Shown piece after piece: positions 1 through 10,584 of a stretch of 64,000 nt of DNA; positions within the stretch are counted from its first letter, which is position 1, and every line of letters starts with the position of its first letter. The DNA comes from Dicyema japonicum (Eukaryota; Animalia; Dicyemida), in assembly GCA_011109175.1 (NCBI GenBank), contig RDEW01000008.1, forward strand, positions 129,228-193,227. The letters are read 5' to 3'. The translations under genes were made by a program, and so were the position numbers. The notes beneath the pieces were generated by a model that worked only from the letters and a program-made list of their open reading frames with translations, had not been told where the DNA came from and did no database searches.

Positions 1-310
1 TAATAATAATAAAGCTTTTTCACTAGAGCCATAATATTTATAGCTCCGCATAGGCAAGACACACACTTTATTTAAGTAAAGAACAGTTAATTTTAACTAA
101 TTGTAGAACCAAGGAATGATCTTCACTTCTTTTTTTCTTTTTCTTGTGTGAGTGTCCTTTCTAGACAATCCAGTTCCGCAGTGAGTATCCACTGATGACG
201 GCGTCACTCGTCAAACCCTTTCTGCATCGTAGATGCGTGGAACCTTCCACCAGGTGAAACCCGTAGCCTAAGCCACTTAAGCCCGACAACTAACCACTAT
301 GCCACCCGGC
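1..310 (-). mobile_element. tRNA-derived SINE, copy 1 (B-box region deleted), with (TTA)n tail
   Basis: The minus strand starts GCCGGGTGGCATAGTGGTTAG (A-box-like). The body aligns with 50156-50411 and the 3' part with 40445-40605. It ends in TTATTATTATTA at the window start. Confidence 0.8.
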
Positions 311-544
311 TAAAAACCTTACAATGACATCAAAAAAAACTGAGGCGCTAAAATATGCGACCTTAAAAGAACAATTCGTCATCAATCCCATAATAGCAAA
401 ACCTCGGATCATAGGACCAAAATTATTTACTCTTTTACGTGCCATCAAATCTTTGACAGCAAAAAGGACAGTCGGTAAGAAGGATAGCTGATTTATCTAA
501 TTTCCATACAAATTATTGGAGAGAATGCGGTCTCAAACAAGAAG

Positions 545-3500
545 CTTGACTTAAATACATATTTTTTTGTTTCTTAATAAAATTTATTAATTTACTGAGA
601 GGAGATTATCCACTCTATATTGTTGTCAAGGAGATCCTGCTTTGAATAAAAACCTGGCTACTCTCTCGCAGTCTTGACGTCTACATACTTACACTATAGA
701 TACCTAATTGACTTCCCTCTGGCTAGGTCTGGGAAGAATCACATTCCGAAAGACAAAGAGCATGGCATCAACATCCAACTTTAGTCTTCTAGTGCAGAAC
801 AGTGCTTGCACAGCCTTTTCCTTTGCTCTTCGATGTCCTTCAGGTATGATCCTCAACCATCTACTGCAATCCCCAGGTATTTCAGGGATGAAACTCTCGG
901 TGTACGAAGAGTGTAGGGCTCTTTCTGATGCCTACCCGGCCTGCTATCCTCAAGTAACTGGATTTTTCCGTGGAGAGTTTCATGCCTCTCCGATTGCACC
1001 AACCCTGAACTTTGTCGATAAAAGCTCCTAGTCGCCGCTCTGAGAGGTATGCCTTCAGAGACGAATCCAGGATTAAAGATGTCATCCGCGTATATCATCA
1101 GCTTGGTCCTGACGTCTTGCGGTGACGGAAAATCTTCCATAAATACGTTGAATAACAGGGGGCTTAGAATAGATCCCTGTGGCACTCCCCTTTTAAACGA
1201 TATACCATCAGAATATCTTCCACCGACTACCACGTGAGATATCCTCCCAGTCAAATAGTCTTTCAACCATAGGAACATTTGTTTAGATATCTTTGATCGT
1301 ACAAGTTGACAAAATAAGGCTTTGTGCCATGCACTGTCGAACGCCTTTGAGATGTCAAGGCAAACAAGGCTCAACTGCTTTTCTTCTCAAATGTATTTGT
1401 AATTTCGTAGTTTAGTGAGTATACAGACGGAAATCCATTGGTAAGGTCGTAGAAAGTTACTTTCTTCTATAAACCGATTCAATCTCTTGAATACAATCCG
1501 TACCATAATCTTTGATGTAGAACATAAAAGGCTTATTGGCCTATAACTGAGAGGATCCTTCCTCGACTTTCCAGGTTTGAGGATCATCTTCACAATAGAA
1601 CGCTTCCATAACGGAGAAACATGTCTGAGCATAAAACTCGAGTTATACATCTTTTGTAGAACAAATAGTAGTTCATCAGACCCTTCTTTAAACATAATCA
1701 TGGGAATGCTATCGAATCCAGGAGCCTTGTTTTTGCACTCGCGTATAGCAGTTCTGACTTCTGCCAGAGTGATTTCCTTTACCAAACTTTCCAGATCGCC
1801 CATAGAGTATTCCATAGAATTAGATATCTCCTGAAAATTTTCAGGTATAATACTAACAGGGTCAACTCTTTGTATATTTCCAGTTGTTTTCTGAATACCG
1901 AAAGTACTCTTTCCAAGGAAATTGTCCTTCCCTCTTGATAGGCCAGCACAATATTTTTTGCCTTTAAATTTCCATCAGTAAGCCTTCTGTACATTTTCCA
2001 ATAACAAGGGTTCTTCCAGTTAACCTTCGAGGCTGCATTCTTCAATTTATTTTCGGCGTTTACTTTCCAAGCTTTTTGCAATATTTTTTGAATCACATCA
2101 ATTCTACTTTTCAGAGTTGTCCTATCCCACAAATCAACACATCGTTTGTGCTTCGCCTTCAGAGTATTCCCCTCGCGAATAAGATTCCGTATTGAAGGTG
2201 GGGAAGCCTGTTTGTTCTTCAGAAAGCTCTTGGAAGACCTTCGTTCCATATAGTCGTAGATACATCAGCATAGTATTGGATAGTTCCCAGTTAAAAACGT
2301 CCAACTCATTAGGTGTAGAAAAGGAATTAGTCTTCATTAGTAAGGTCTTCGACAAATAATGGCGATAAAGTCCCAGTCTATCGACGAGGTATCAAAGTAT
2401 AAGAAAATATCTTCAGTTCGGCTCCAGGTTTATAGTTACTTCCTGAGGGATATGATCACTCCCTATGTCCCAAAGTAATCTTGGTCTGTCTACATGATCA
2501 AACAGTTGTGGAGATACTAATCCAAGCATGTCACCGCCATAGTGTGAGAAATGGTTAGGTTCCTCAGACGTCAAGACTTCAACTCCAATTTCGCTAACCA
2601 GATCTGCTAGGAGTCGACCGTCCCCGTTGTTTTTGCAACATCCGTAGCTCGTAGCATTCAGGTCTCCTACCAAGATCGACATAGGGTTTGTTTCTAAAAA
2701 TTGAACAATTTTCGCAGAAGATCGGTCCAAGTCCTTAGAGTATATCCCTCCCACGCTTATCCATGTTCCTCCACATTGTATATCGATGGACACGAATTCC
2801 GAAAATTGTTTGCAATTCTTTACGAAAAAAAGATCGAGGTTCCAGTTCCAGTCACTGCTCCATCTATCCATGGAATATCCACAGAGTCATATCCTTCCAT
2901 ATTATACTTTCTTCAGTGTTTGATTTTCGTTTCGTTAACTACCAAGACATCCACTTTGGCATTACTCACAAGTAGCGCTAGTTCATCATGCACTTTCACC
3001 AAGGCGGGCATTCACCAGCACTACTTTCAAATTCCTTTTCATAGTTTTTGTGGTGGCCTGCGCTCTCCACAGCCAGGTCCACCAGACTCCATAAATCCAC
3101 TTTCAGCAGTGTACATAGGTTGTTCAGACGTGTGATAAGTTCATTTAGCTCCCGAGAAACCGACTCTGAGACACCTGCCTTGCTCTGCTCATGTTTCCGT
3201 GTAGCACTCCGATCCACCGATCCATCCTGAGTATGTGAAATATTGGTTCTTATCATTTCTTGTGTTTGCTTGACCGCTTCCCGAGATACCGTCTCGGAAA
3301 CTTATGACTTGCTCTGCATAAGTTTACTTGTAGCGCTCCGCTCCACCGGCCTATCCAGAATATGTGAAATATTGGTCCACTTCATCTCTTGTGTTGGCTT
3401 GATCGCTTCCTTTTTAGACACTGTCTGTATGGGGATCATTTCTTGGATACCTCTCTCATGGCAGGACATCCTCTGTAACGGCATTATGTCTTGGTCCTCC

Positions 3501-3950
3501 ACAATTAAAACAATTTGTCTCCACGTTCAAAGAAAATTCACACATAAGAAGGTCGTGTTCCCTTCCACACTTGAGGCATCTCTTCTTCTCCTTGCAATTC
3601 TTTCGCAATTGTTCTCTGAATGATCAGTCTTCATTGGTTCATCCGCAGTTTGGATACTTCCCTGGGGTCGTGTTTTGTAAGAACATTCGCTGGTTTAACA
3701 GATTCTGCCTTATGTGGTGTCTTGTTCTCCGAAGAGAATGATTCAGCTGTAGCACTTTCCGGAGGACGAGAAAAGCTACTGGTTTTCATTGTTGTGGCTT
3801 TCACTGCAGTTTTTGCAGATCCTTTTGGTGCTAGCTTTTTGAACCATAGACACTAATCTGAACCATAGATACTCCACTCTCATTCAACTTATACATAACA
3901 AGATTGATAACCACGATATTCTTTCCCCAACCAAGTTGTCTATACCCGAC
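545..3950 (-). mobile_element. Decayed APE-type LINE (Jockey/I-like): ORF1, endonuclease and RT
   Basis: Minus-strand order is a low-complexity ORF1 (about 3860-2996), APE (VNETK, GDLNA, SDHIP; 2990-2413), then RT (KAPGFD, YRPISLL, LDISKAFD, GVPQGSILSPLLF, YADD, KYLG; 1815-853). There are multiple stops and frameshifts, and the boundaries are approximate. Confidence 0.9.
3195..3415 (-). repeat. About 132-bp imperfect tandem duplication inside LINE ORF1
   Basis: Two copies of GTAGCxCTCCGxTCCACCG...TATGTGAAATATTGGT...TCTTGTGTT.GCTTGA.CGCTTCC, encoding related QEMxxTNISH...V(E/D)RSAT peptides. Confidence 0.8.
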
Positions 3951-3989
3951 CCCAGTCAGTTCAACCTAGAACCAACACTTTCTATACAA

Positions 3990-4912
3990 AACTCCTCTTC
4001 TTTATCAAAATCAAAAAAATGCTCAACCTATTCAAGACTTATTCGGGTACTTCATTTGGCCAGAGCAAAGAGAGCTTAACAATCAACGGGTAATTTATCA
4101 AAAGCATCTTTGACGACTCCCATTGAACACTTGAGGATTCAAAGTTTCTTTACCCCGCAAATTTTCTGTCCAATAGATGGGTCTCCGCTGCGATCACCAT
4201 ACGTTTCACAATCCAAAATCGAACGAAACAATTGTTCCACCACATTTTCGACACGCCATGAGAAGTGCATGTGCATATAGAAGGTTATTCCAAAATTTTT
4301 TACTCTTGAATACGTTTTGGAAAAAATGGTATAGTTCGATGAACATCCTCTTGATGTTATTCAAGTTCAGCTGTGACTTCATAGACAACATCCCCAGAGA
4401 AAGTTGCTCTCGAGAACCGACACATTTCTGGCGGTTTTCCATTTTGGGTGAATGTGCCGCAGATTTCCTCACAAGGACCTCAAATGGGGTTGCTCCTATT
4501 GTAGTCCTGTGATTTTAGAGATTGTTTTAGTCATACTGGATTGATGTTTGTTCTGGTATGTGTGTTGAACGTTATGAGGGTGTCGAATGATACTCCTAGA
4601 ATCAGTTTGTTTCTTTTGGGATTAGTTCACCATTCAAAGATAGTTCGACGGAATAACTTGATAGCCCTCTACTCGACGTAAAAAAAGAAGTCGAAGACTT
4701 TTCTGTGGACATTGAAATTGAATATCTGTTCAACCATTAATGAAGTCTATCCAGAGTAGTTTGCAATATGTTCGTAGCTGTCATAACACATGAATCCTTG
4801 CAAGCATAAATTATGTCATCGCCATACGCAAGAATTCCGTCCGAACCGACTGGAATATCGGCAAGAAAACGTTAAAAAGTGACTGTGACAGGGGGGAACC
4901 CTGCGCCACGTC
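3990..4912 (-). mobile_element. 5'-truncated LINE fragment (RT C-terminal half)
   Basis: The reverse complement of about 4815-4910 translates as VAQGSPLSQSLFNVFLADIPVGSDGILAYGDD (RT motifs). Confidence 0.75.
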
Positions 4913-4990
4913 GTCTTATAAATTAAATGTAATAAATTTAGTAAAATGATAATTTTGAATAATAATAAATATATTTTTATAATAATTCAG

Positions 4991-5596
4991 ATGAAGAGAA
5001 AACAATCAACTTGTGGAGTTTGTGAGAATACTAAGAATAACGAAGCAACCTTGACTTGCTGTGGCTGCAAAATAATCTGTAAGAAAACCAATATAATCCC
5101 CAGATCACACAAAATGCGTAAATTACTCCCACAATGGTGGAGATCTGACGAACTGGTTATGCTTAAATTGTAAGACCTGCATCATCTGCAACGAAAATAT
5201 TAATTTGGGAGAATTTTTAATCTGTATAATTTGTGACCTCGGATTCCACACAGAATGTCTCGATCCCTCGTTAAAAAAATATCCAGGGACCATGGCGATG
5301 TTCCTCGTGCATTGAAGTAAAGTCAGAAAAGAAAACCGAAAAATTGAAATATTCCCAATGGTCCGTGCTGGACGTAGCAAACTGGGTAACCAAACTGGGA
5401 TTTCCTGAAGTGGCTCAACAGTTTGTGACAAAAGTGAGGCTTATGTGGACTGTAGGGAGTCGATGGACTTGCATTGATTTGTCTGACAAGGGAGGATGTC
5501 CTCGTTGATATGGATATTCTGCTTGGACCAGCTCTTGTTATTTACGATGAAATTCAGTGGCTTCAAAAAAGACTGATTTTTACAGATAAAAAATAA
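4991..5596 (+). CDS. Double PHD finger (DPF-type) plus C-terminal SAM domain chromatin protein; introns 5079-5103 (25 nt) and 5434-5455 (22 nt); one apparent +1 frameshift near 5275-5290
   Basis: Spliced translation: MKRKQSTCGVC..TCCGCKIIYHTKC..WLCLNCKTCIIC..LICIICDLGFHTECLDP..GPWRCSSC..WSVLDVANWVTKLGFPEVAQQFVTK/GVDGLALICLTREDVLVDMDILLGPALVIYDEI..DKK*. Both introns are GT..AG and restore conserved motifs. Confidence 0.8.
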
Positions 5597-5642
5597 TATT
5601 TTCATTTTTTTAAACATTCATTGTCTTGGAAGATACTAGGAA

Positions 5643-5912
5643 TTGGGGGAATATATTACTTTGCCATCAAATTTCACTAATAAATTATACCAATGTGGTA
5701 GTGTGATGTATCTGTTGAGGAAAAAAAGAAATGTGGACATGAACACTCGGGAGTGCTCACCCTGTAACCACATCAACGTGCGAAAAAAAAGTTTCTCTTG
5801 TACAGGCTGCGGAAACTTATTTAATCTCGACTGTCTCAGACTTTCCCAAGCATACACAAATCAGATATCGCTGTTCCTGTCTTGGTCAGAGGGATTCCTT
5901 GTGACAAACTGA
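5643..5912 (+). pseudogene. Degenerate PHD-like zinc-finger ORF
   Basis: CSPC..CTGCGNLFNLDC spacing resembles a PHD finger with His replaced. YRCSC follows in another frame. Confidence 0.3.
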
Positions 5913-6229
5913 ATACTAGTATAATCATACTTTTTGACTTGGAGCAACATTATTATTCTCAAACTATCTCAGAAGGATGGTTGTAGCGTTCCCCTTCGCT
6001 GCTATGACCTTTTCCGAACCGAACCGAAAACACTTTATTCAACAGGAATTAGGAGTTAGTTAAGAGGTTATTAACGAGTCCGCCTATGCGGCCTGGACTC
6101 TTCCGATGCACCCCATCTTCATTTTAATCTCGTCCTCGCGTCGGATCCCATGAATCCTATGAACGCCCTTATATCCAAAACGTAGTAGGTACAAAGCTAG
6201 TAAGCTTATCTCCAGTTAGTTCTCCCCTA

Positions 6230-6490
6230 GTAGGTCCCTTCCCCAGTATGTTATTCCACATTAGTCCCAAGCAGTCTTGTAGGGACCAGTTGATGTGGCT
6301 AACAAATTCTTGCGTAGAACCCAATTCGATGTAAGGAACAATTGGTGTGGGAACCTCCCAGTAGGTCCCAGCTCCAGTATGTTACTTCTAAGGTAGTCCC
6401 AGGTCTTGTAGGGATCCATGGAGGCAAACAAAGTCCCGTGTAAACCCGGATTCGATGTAGGGATCAATTGGTGTGGGCACTTGGTCCAAC
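6230..6490. repeat. About 131-bp imperfect tandem duplication
   Basis: GTAGGTCCC..CCAGTATGTTA..GTCTTGTAGGGA..TTCGATGTA.GGA.CAATTGGTGTGGG occurs at about 6230 and 6361. Confidence 0.75.
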
Positions 6491-6686
6491 TTGGAAAATA
6501 TCCAGAGATTTTGACCTTTGTCTACTGCGCCTTTCAATAGGTCTCTTCGTAGTTGTGAGTATGTTTTTTTGACTTATGATATGTTTCTCCACCCTATAAT
6601 AGGTCTCTCCACCTTGTAATAGGTTTCTGCGTTTGTAATATTTTTTATTCGTCTTGAGGAGATTCCCTCGGAGTGAGTTGGTTCCT

Positions 6687-6841
6687 TCGTCTTGTGATAT
6701 GGCCCTTGTAATGTGCATTTTAGGATCGTCTTGTAATCTGGCCCTTGTAATGTGTATCATCGAATTGTCTGGTAATATGACCCTTGTAATGTGCATCTTC
6801 GGATCGCTTTGTTGTATGGCCCTTGTAATGTGTATCTTCGC
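6687..6841. repeat. 39-bp minisatellite, about 4 copies
   Basis: The core CCCTTGTAATGTG recurs with exact 39-bp period starting at 6701. The unit is a multiple of 3 (minus-strand peptides MHITRA.. or HYKGHIT..). Confidence 0.9.
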
Positions 6842-6849
6842 TTTGAAAC

Positions 6850-7590
6850 TCTGTCGAGTTGAAAACGTGGAAGTAGGACCAATGGCGAATGACATCACCA
6901 TTCACCAATGGCACCGGCCACGTATTTTTTAAAGACCTTTTCCATTACAATTGAAAACTATTTACGCTCTAGCTCTCTCCGATTGGGTGAGGGCATCTAT
7001 CGAAACTCTGATTCCGATGAAAATGGTCTTTCTTCACTGACATGAAAGACAATATCCGATCCTTTTTGGAAGGCAACTACCCAACTTTTCGTAAACAAAA
7101 GCGAGAGTTCCGGAATCGAAACTAAATTTCTTTTCCTCGAGAGGCCAGTTTGCATGAGTCCTTGTTTTTAAAAACACTCTTTTTCAAACGGGCATCCCAT
7201 TTATAAACAACTAACATATTTCATTGAACAAACATCTACCTCCCTTCGCAATCGTCTTATTACCTGCAAGAGTGAGCTTAAGTACTTTTCGAGATTCAAA
7301 AATTTGCCTTAGGCAGCAGTGGAGACCTGGATAGAATAAAACCTGGCCAGTTGAAAGAACTTATCCTTCAGTTTGTTGAAGATTCGGCTTTCGTCTTATA
7401 TCCTCTATCACTTCTCTTACGAACAGGTTCTATCAGGAGGTCTACTTGAAGTAATCTTCCATGTCTTTTAATGAGAGTGAAGATATATCACTGTCGGATT
7501 TATTTACAAGAGGCTATTCGCCAAAATCGACTGTAAGGGTTCTATTTCTACGTTAGTACTTTCTTAAGTCCTTAGGGATTACGTAGATAA
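6850..7590 (-). pseudogene. Possible gag-like/ORF1 remnant of a retroelement
   Basis: Degenerate knuckle-like fragments (FNCNGKG; ECF..QG) occur in stop-riddled frames upstream of the repeat region. Confidence 0.25.
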
Positions 7591-7614
7591 ATTATAATTA
7601 GAAAAAAGAGATCC

Positions 7615-7990
7615 ACATTCATTCCTATTTTGAAGTCTACCCACGACCCTTCTGATCTTCCTTATTCTTCTATTTCCCTTTTGTCTATTGTCTCGAAGAT
7701 TTCCAAGTTTTACTAATTTTAGTCAAATCTTACCAATCATTTACCGAATCACACGGGATCGTGCTCGACTCAACACATTTTTTTAAACTGACTCAATTTA
7801 TTGCTGATGGATTTAATAACAATAAACCTCCGGAAATGTTCATCTATTGATATCAACAAAGCTTTTGACCCATCATCGAGACACGTTCTGAGCAGGAAAT
7901 TCCTTGCTAATAATATCACGTATCCGTTTGAAAATTGGTTACACACTTCCTCTCATGCTGCTTTAGACGTCCTTTATTATGTCAACCAAC
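7615..7990 (+). mobile_element. RT remnant related to the Ingi-like family
   Basis: Translates to IPILK..DPSD..SISLLSIVSKI and SIDINKAFD. The nucleotide string TCTATTGA.ATCAACAAAGCTTTTGAC is shared with about 59450. Confidence 0.7.
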
Positions 7991-10584
7991 TCTCACTACC
8001 GATACCCTTACAGAGCTTCTTTCCATATCCGAAAGGACTCTGTTTATAAAAATGGTATTGACCGTTACAGACAAATCTCCATTTGTAGCAAAGTGCTATA
8101 TTCATATTGGTATTGGGAAAGTCGTCAACTACTGCTACAGTAGCTCTTTACCGTCCGATGAATAGTCCTTAGATTATATTCAAAGGAGGCCATCTCCTTG
8201 GTAGTACCTGCTCCGAGGCCTTTCGTTAGAAAGGGTAATTTACATAGCTCGCCCCGTGTTTATCTTTGCCACAGTTTACTTACTTGAGAGACTTCCACTG
8301 ATTGGCAGGTCTTCTGCTAATGTGGACCCTCAAAGAAAGTCATTTTTCTTTATAATTGTAACTGGAGCTCGTGTGGCCAAGGATAGCTACAGGTATCTCA
8401 TAGGTCACATCTAACCTAAAGTAACCTGACCTCACTATGTCTTAGCAGCTCTTCGTTTCCACTTTCGAGTGCATTAACATTTACATGGTTTTCAGCCTCC
8501 TTCCACCACTTGTAAAGTCTTCAGTCTTGAAAGAAGTTCTGATGGACTCCGAAAAATAGCACGATATCGTTCATCCACTTTCTTCACCCTCATATCTACC
8601 AAAAACAGCCAGAGTACTGATGGAGCAAAGTAGTTTAAAAAACGTTTCTGAATTAATGAGAAAGAGAATAAGGCTCTGGTGTTGCATTGTCACTATGAAT
8701 CACATCCGATCTAAACTATACTACCAATGTCCTTCTATAATGCCCATCTAGAATCGAGTTCATAGGGGGATCTTCTTTCCCATTGACGTTATTTCCCTTT
8801 GCTTTTCATTATAAGAGGCAAAGATATAACATAGATCTTCGAACACAAGTTGCCAGCAATCAGATCCAAGGACGTAAAATCCCCGAATAACCGAGTTTTT
8901 CACTTTATGAACTTATGATTACTAAGGTTATCCCTTCTCGACATAGGGCCTTTGTCGAGGACTTCTACTTGGAGTTCTTGAGCACTTTTACAGACCAAAA
9001 GGGGGAGGGGATCATGGTTCACTGGAAGGGGAAAAATTGCTGAAAGGTTTTTCAAACACGCCGCTCTAACAGGATCATTAAACGCGTTTTAAGTCAGTTG
9101 AATTTCTTTCGCTGATTGAGCACTGAAACCTGATCACTGAGATAAGAAGAGACCTGATGGCATGACAATTGTCTGCTAAAAGAGATGATTTTCACTTTGC
9201 ATGACAATTCCCATCGTTTTTTGGAAGGTGGAGCGTAAATTGTTTACTATAAACTTCTCTCTCTGAAGTTAATAAATTAAACTAAGCTTATACGATTGAG
9301 TTCTTAATTTTTTTATCGAATTCTGATACTACTTTATGGGAAACTTTGAACAAACTTCCTTCAGGTTTAGAAAGACAAAAAAGAGTTTCCTATGAAAATT
9401 CATTAACACCGTTGGATTTGATATTTTAACTATTATTGAACCAAAGCATTTTTCTCTGAACGGTCGAGTACAAGACAATGATTTTTTATCTGTCTTTAGG
9501 AGAACGAGTCTGGCTGGTGTTAGGAAGTGCCTGACGTCTAACTCACGGAAAACTTGGACTCAACTTCTCCTTCTGCTCATATTTCTTACTTCAGCTGTGT
9601 CCGTTTAATCTAACTTTTTGTCATTGCTCCACTCCCTGAACTGTGTCTTTAATCACTGGAATTTATTTGTATTAGGAGTGTTGTGAATCAGCCTGATGTT
9701 TTTTCACCTATAACAGCACCACCAGAGAACGGTCGCTGTCAAAGCGGGCATCTTAAACGAGTTCAACAGCGTTAGATCCGAATGCTTCTTAAGACCATCG
9801 TCCAGAGATTGAATCTCGCATTTATGGCATACGGAACGAAAAGAGTTCTTGTATTCAAAGAAGACGTCGTCCGCTCACGTGAGGAGGTCCGACACAGAGA
9901 CTCATTAAAACCTCTCTTCCCCTATTAGGCGATCGACGACGTTGGAGGAAAAATGAAAGCATTCAAATGGTCGACTAAAACGGGTGTTATGAAGTCAATA
10001 AACTGAATAGTTGGAATCCAACCTTTTGAAAGTTCTACGAAAAATCATATGACAAGCAACCTAATCCGGCGCTATTGTTTTGGAAAAACTAGAAAATATT
10101 GTTACGTAAAAAAAATATCTTAAATCTTTCGTAACTATTGAACGAGATTTAGGGAGTTGATCCTTGTAATTACATTATCTCTTAAAAACAGATTAAACAT
10201 GATCCATTTATTAAAAAAAGGTTGAGACTACTTAATTCCACTCATGACGTATAACTTTTCGAAGGTGTATGGTATTAGGGAATGCAAGAAAAAAGCTCAT
10301 GGCCATGCTCATATGAGAATTTACTATTAAAAAAATCCGTTAGTCTATTTGAGCTACTCGTTTGACAAGAGACTGAAACGGTTACCTTCTATGCGAATGG
10401 AAATTATAAGTTATCATGGTGGTTTTAAAAGAAGGAAAACCAAAAAACCGTCGATTTTGCCTCAAAAGTTATCAATTTCATTAATGATAAAGAAAATCAC
10501 AATTTTAAAATTCATTTCAAAAACTCTGGAATCAACACTGGATGCATCTTGATCATCATCAACTACCAGATTATCCGGAGTAAT

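Noticed and set aside
190-220. Hammerhead ribozyme (CTGATGA followed by a hairpin) in the SINE
   Set aside because: The required GAAA after stem II is absent (TCAAAC), and the motif is on the antisense strand of the SINE.
708-1834. Plus-strand ORFs (e.g. 708-1031, 1049-1237, 1577-1834) as genes
   Set aside because: They are antisense shadows of the minus-strand RT. The same applies to most short ORFs overlapping retroelements in the track.
4991-5912. Ciliate-type genetic code (TAA/TAG read as Gln) suggested by the tiny introns
   Set aside because: Gln codons in the gene are CAA/CAG, and reading through TAA at 5594 does not join the downstream ORF in frame.
6687-6841. CRISPR-like regularly spaced repeats (also 46945-47147)
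   Set aside because: The intervening sequences are homologous to each other (minisatellites), there are no cas genes, and the context is eukaryotic.
8500-9900. Additional minus-strand LINE 5' half
   Set aside because: Only faint GDF/NxNG-like strings are visible, too decayed to support a call or boundaries.
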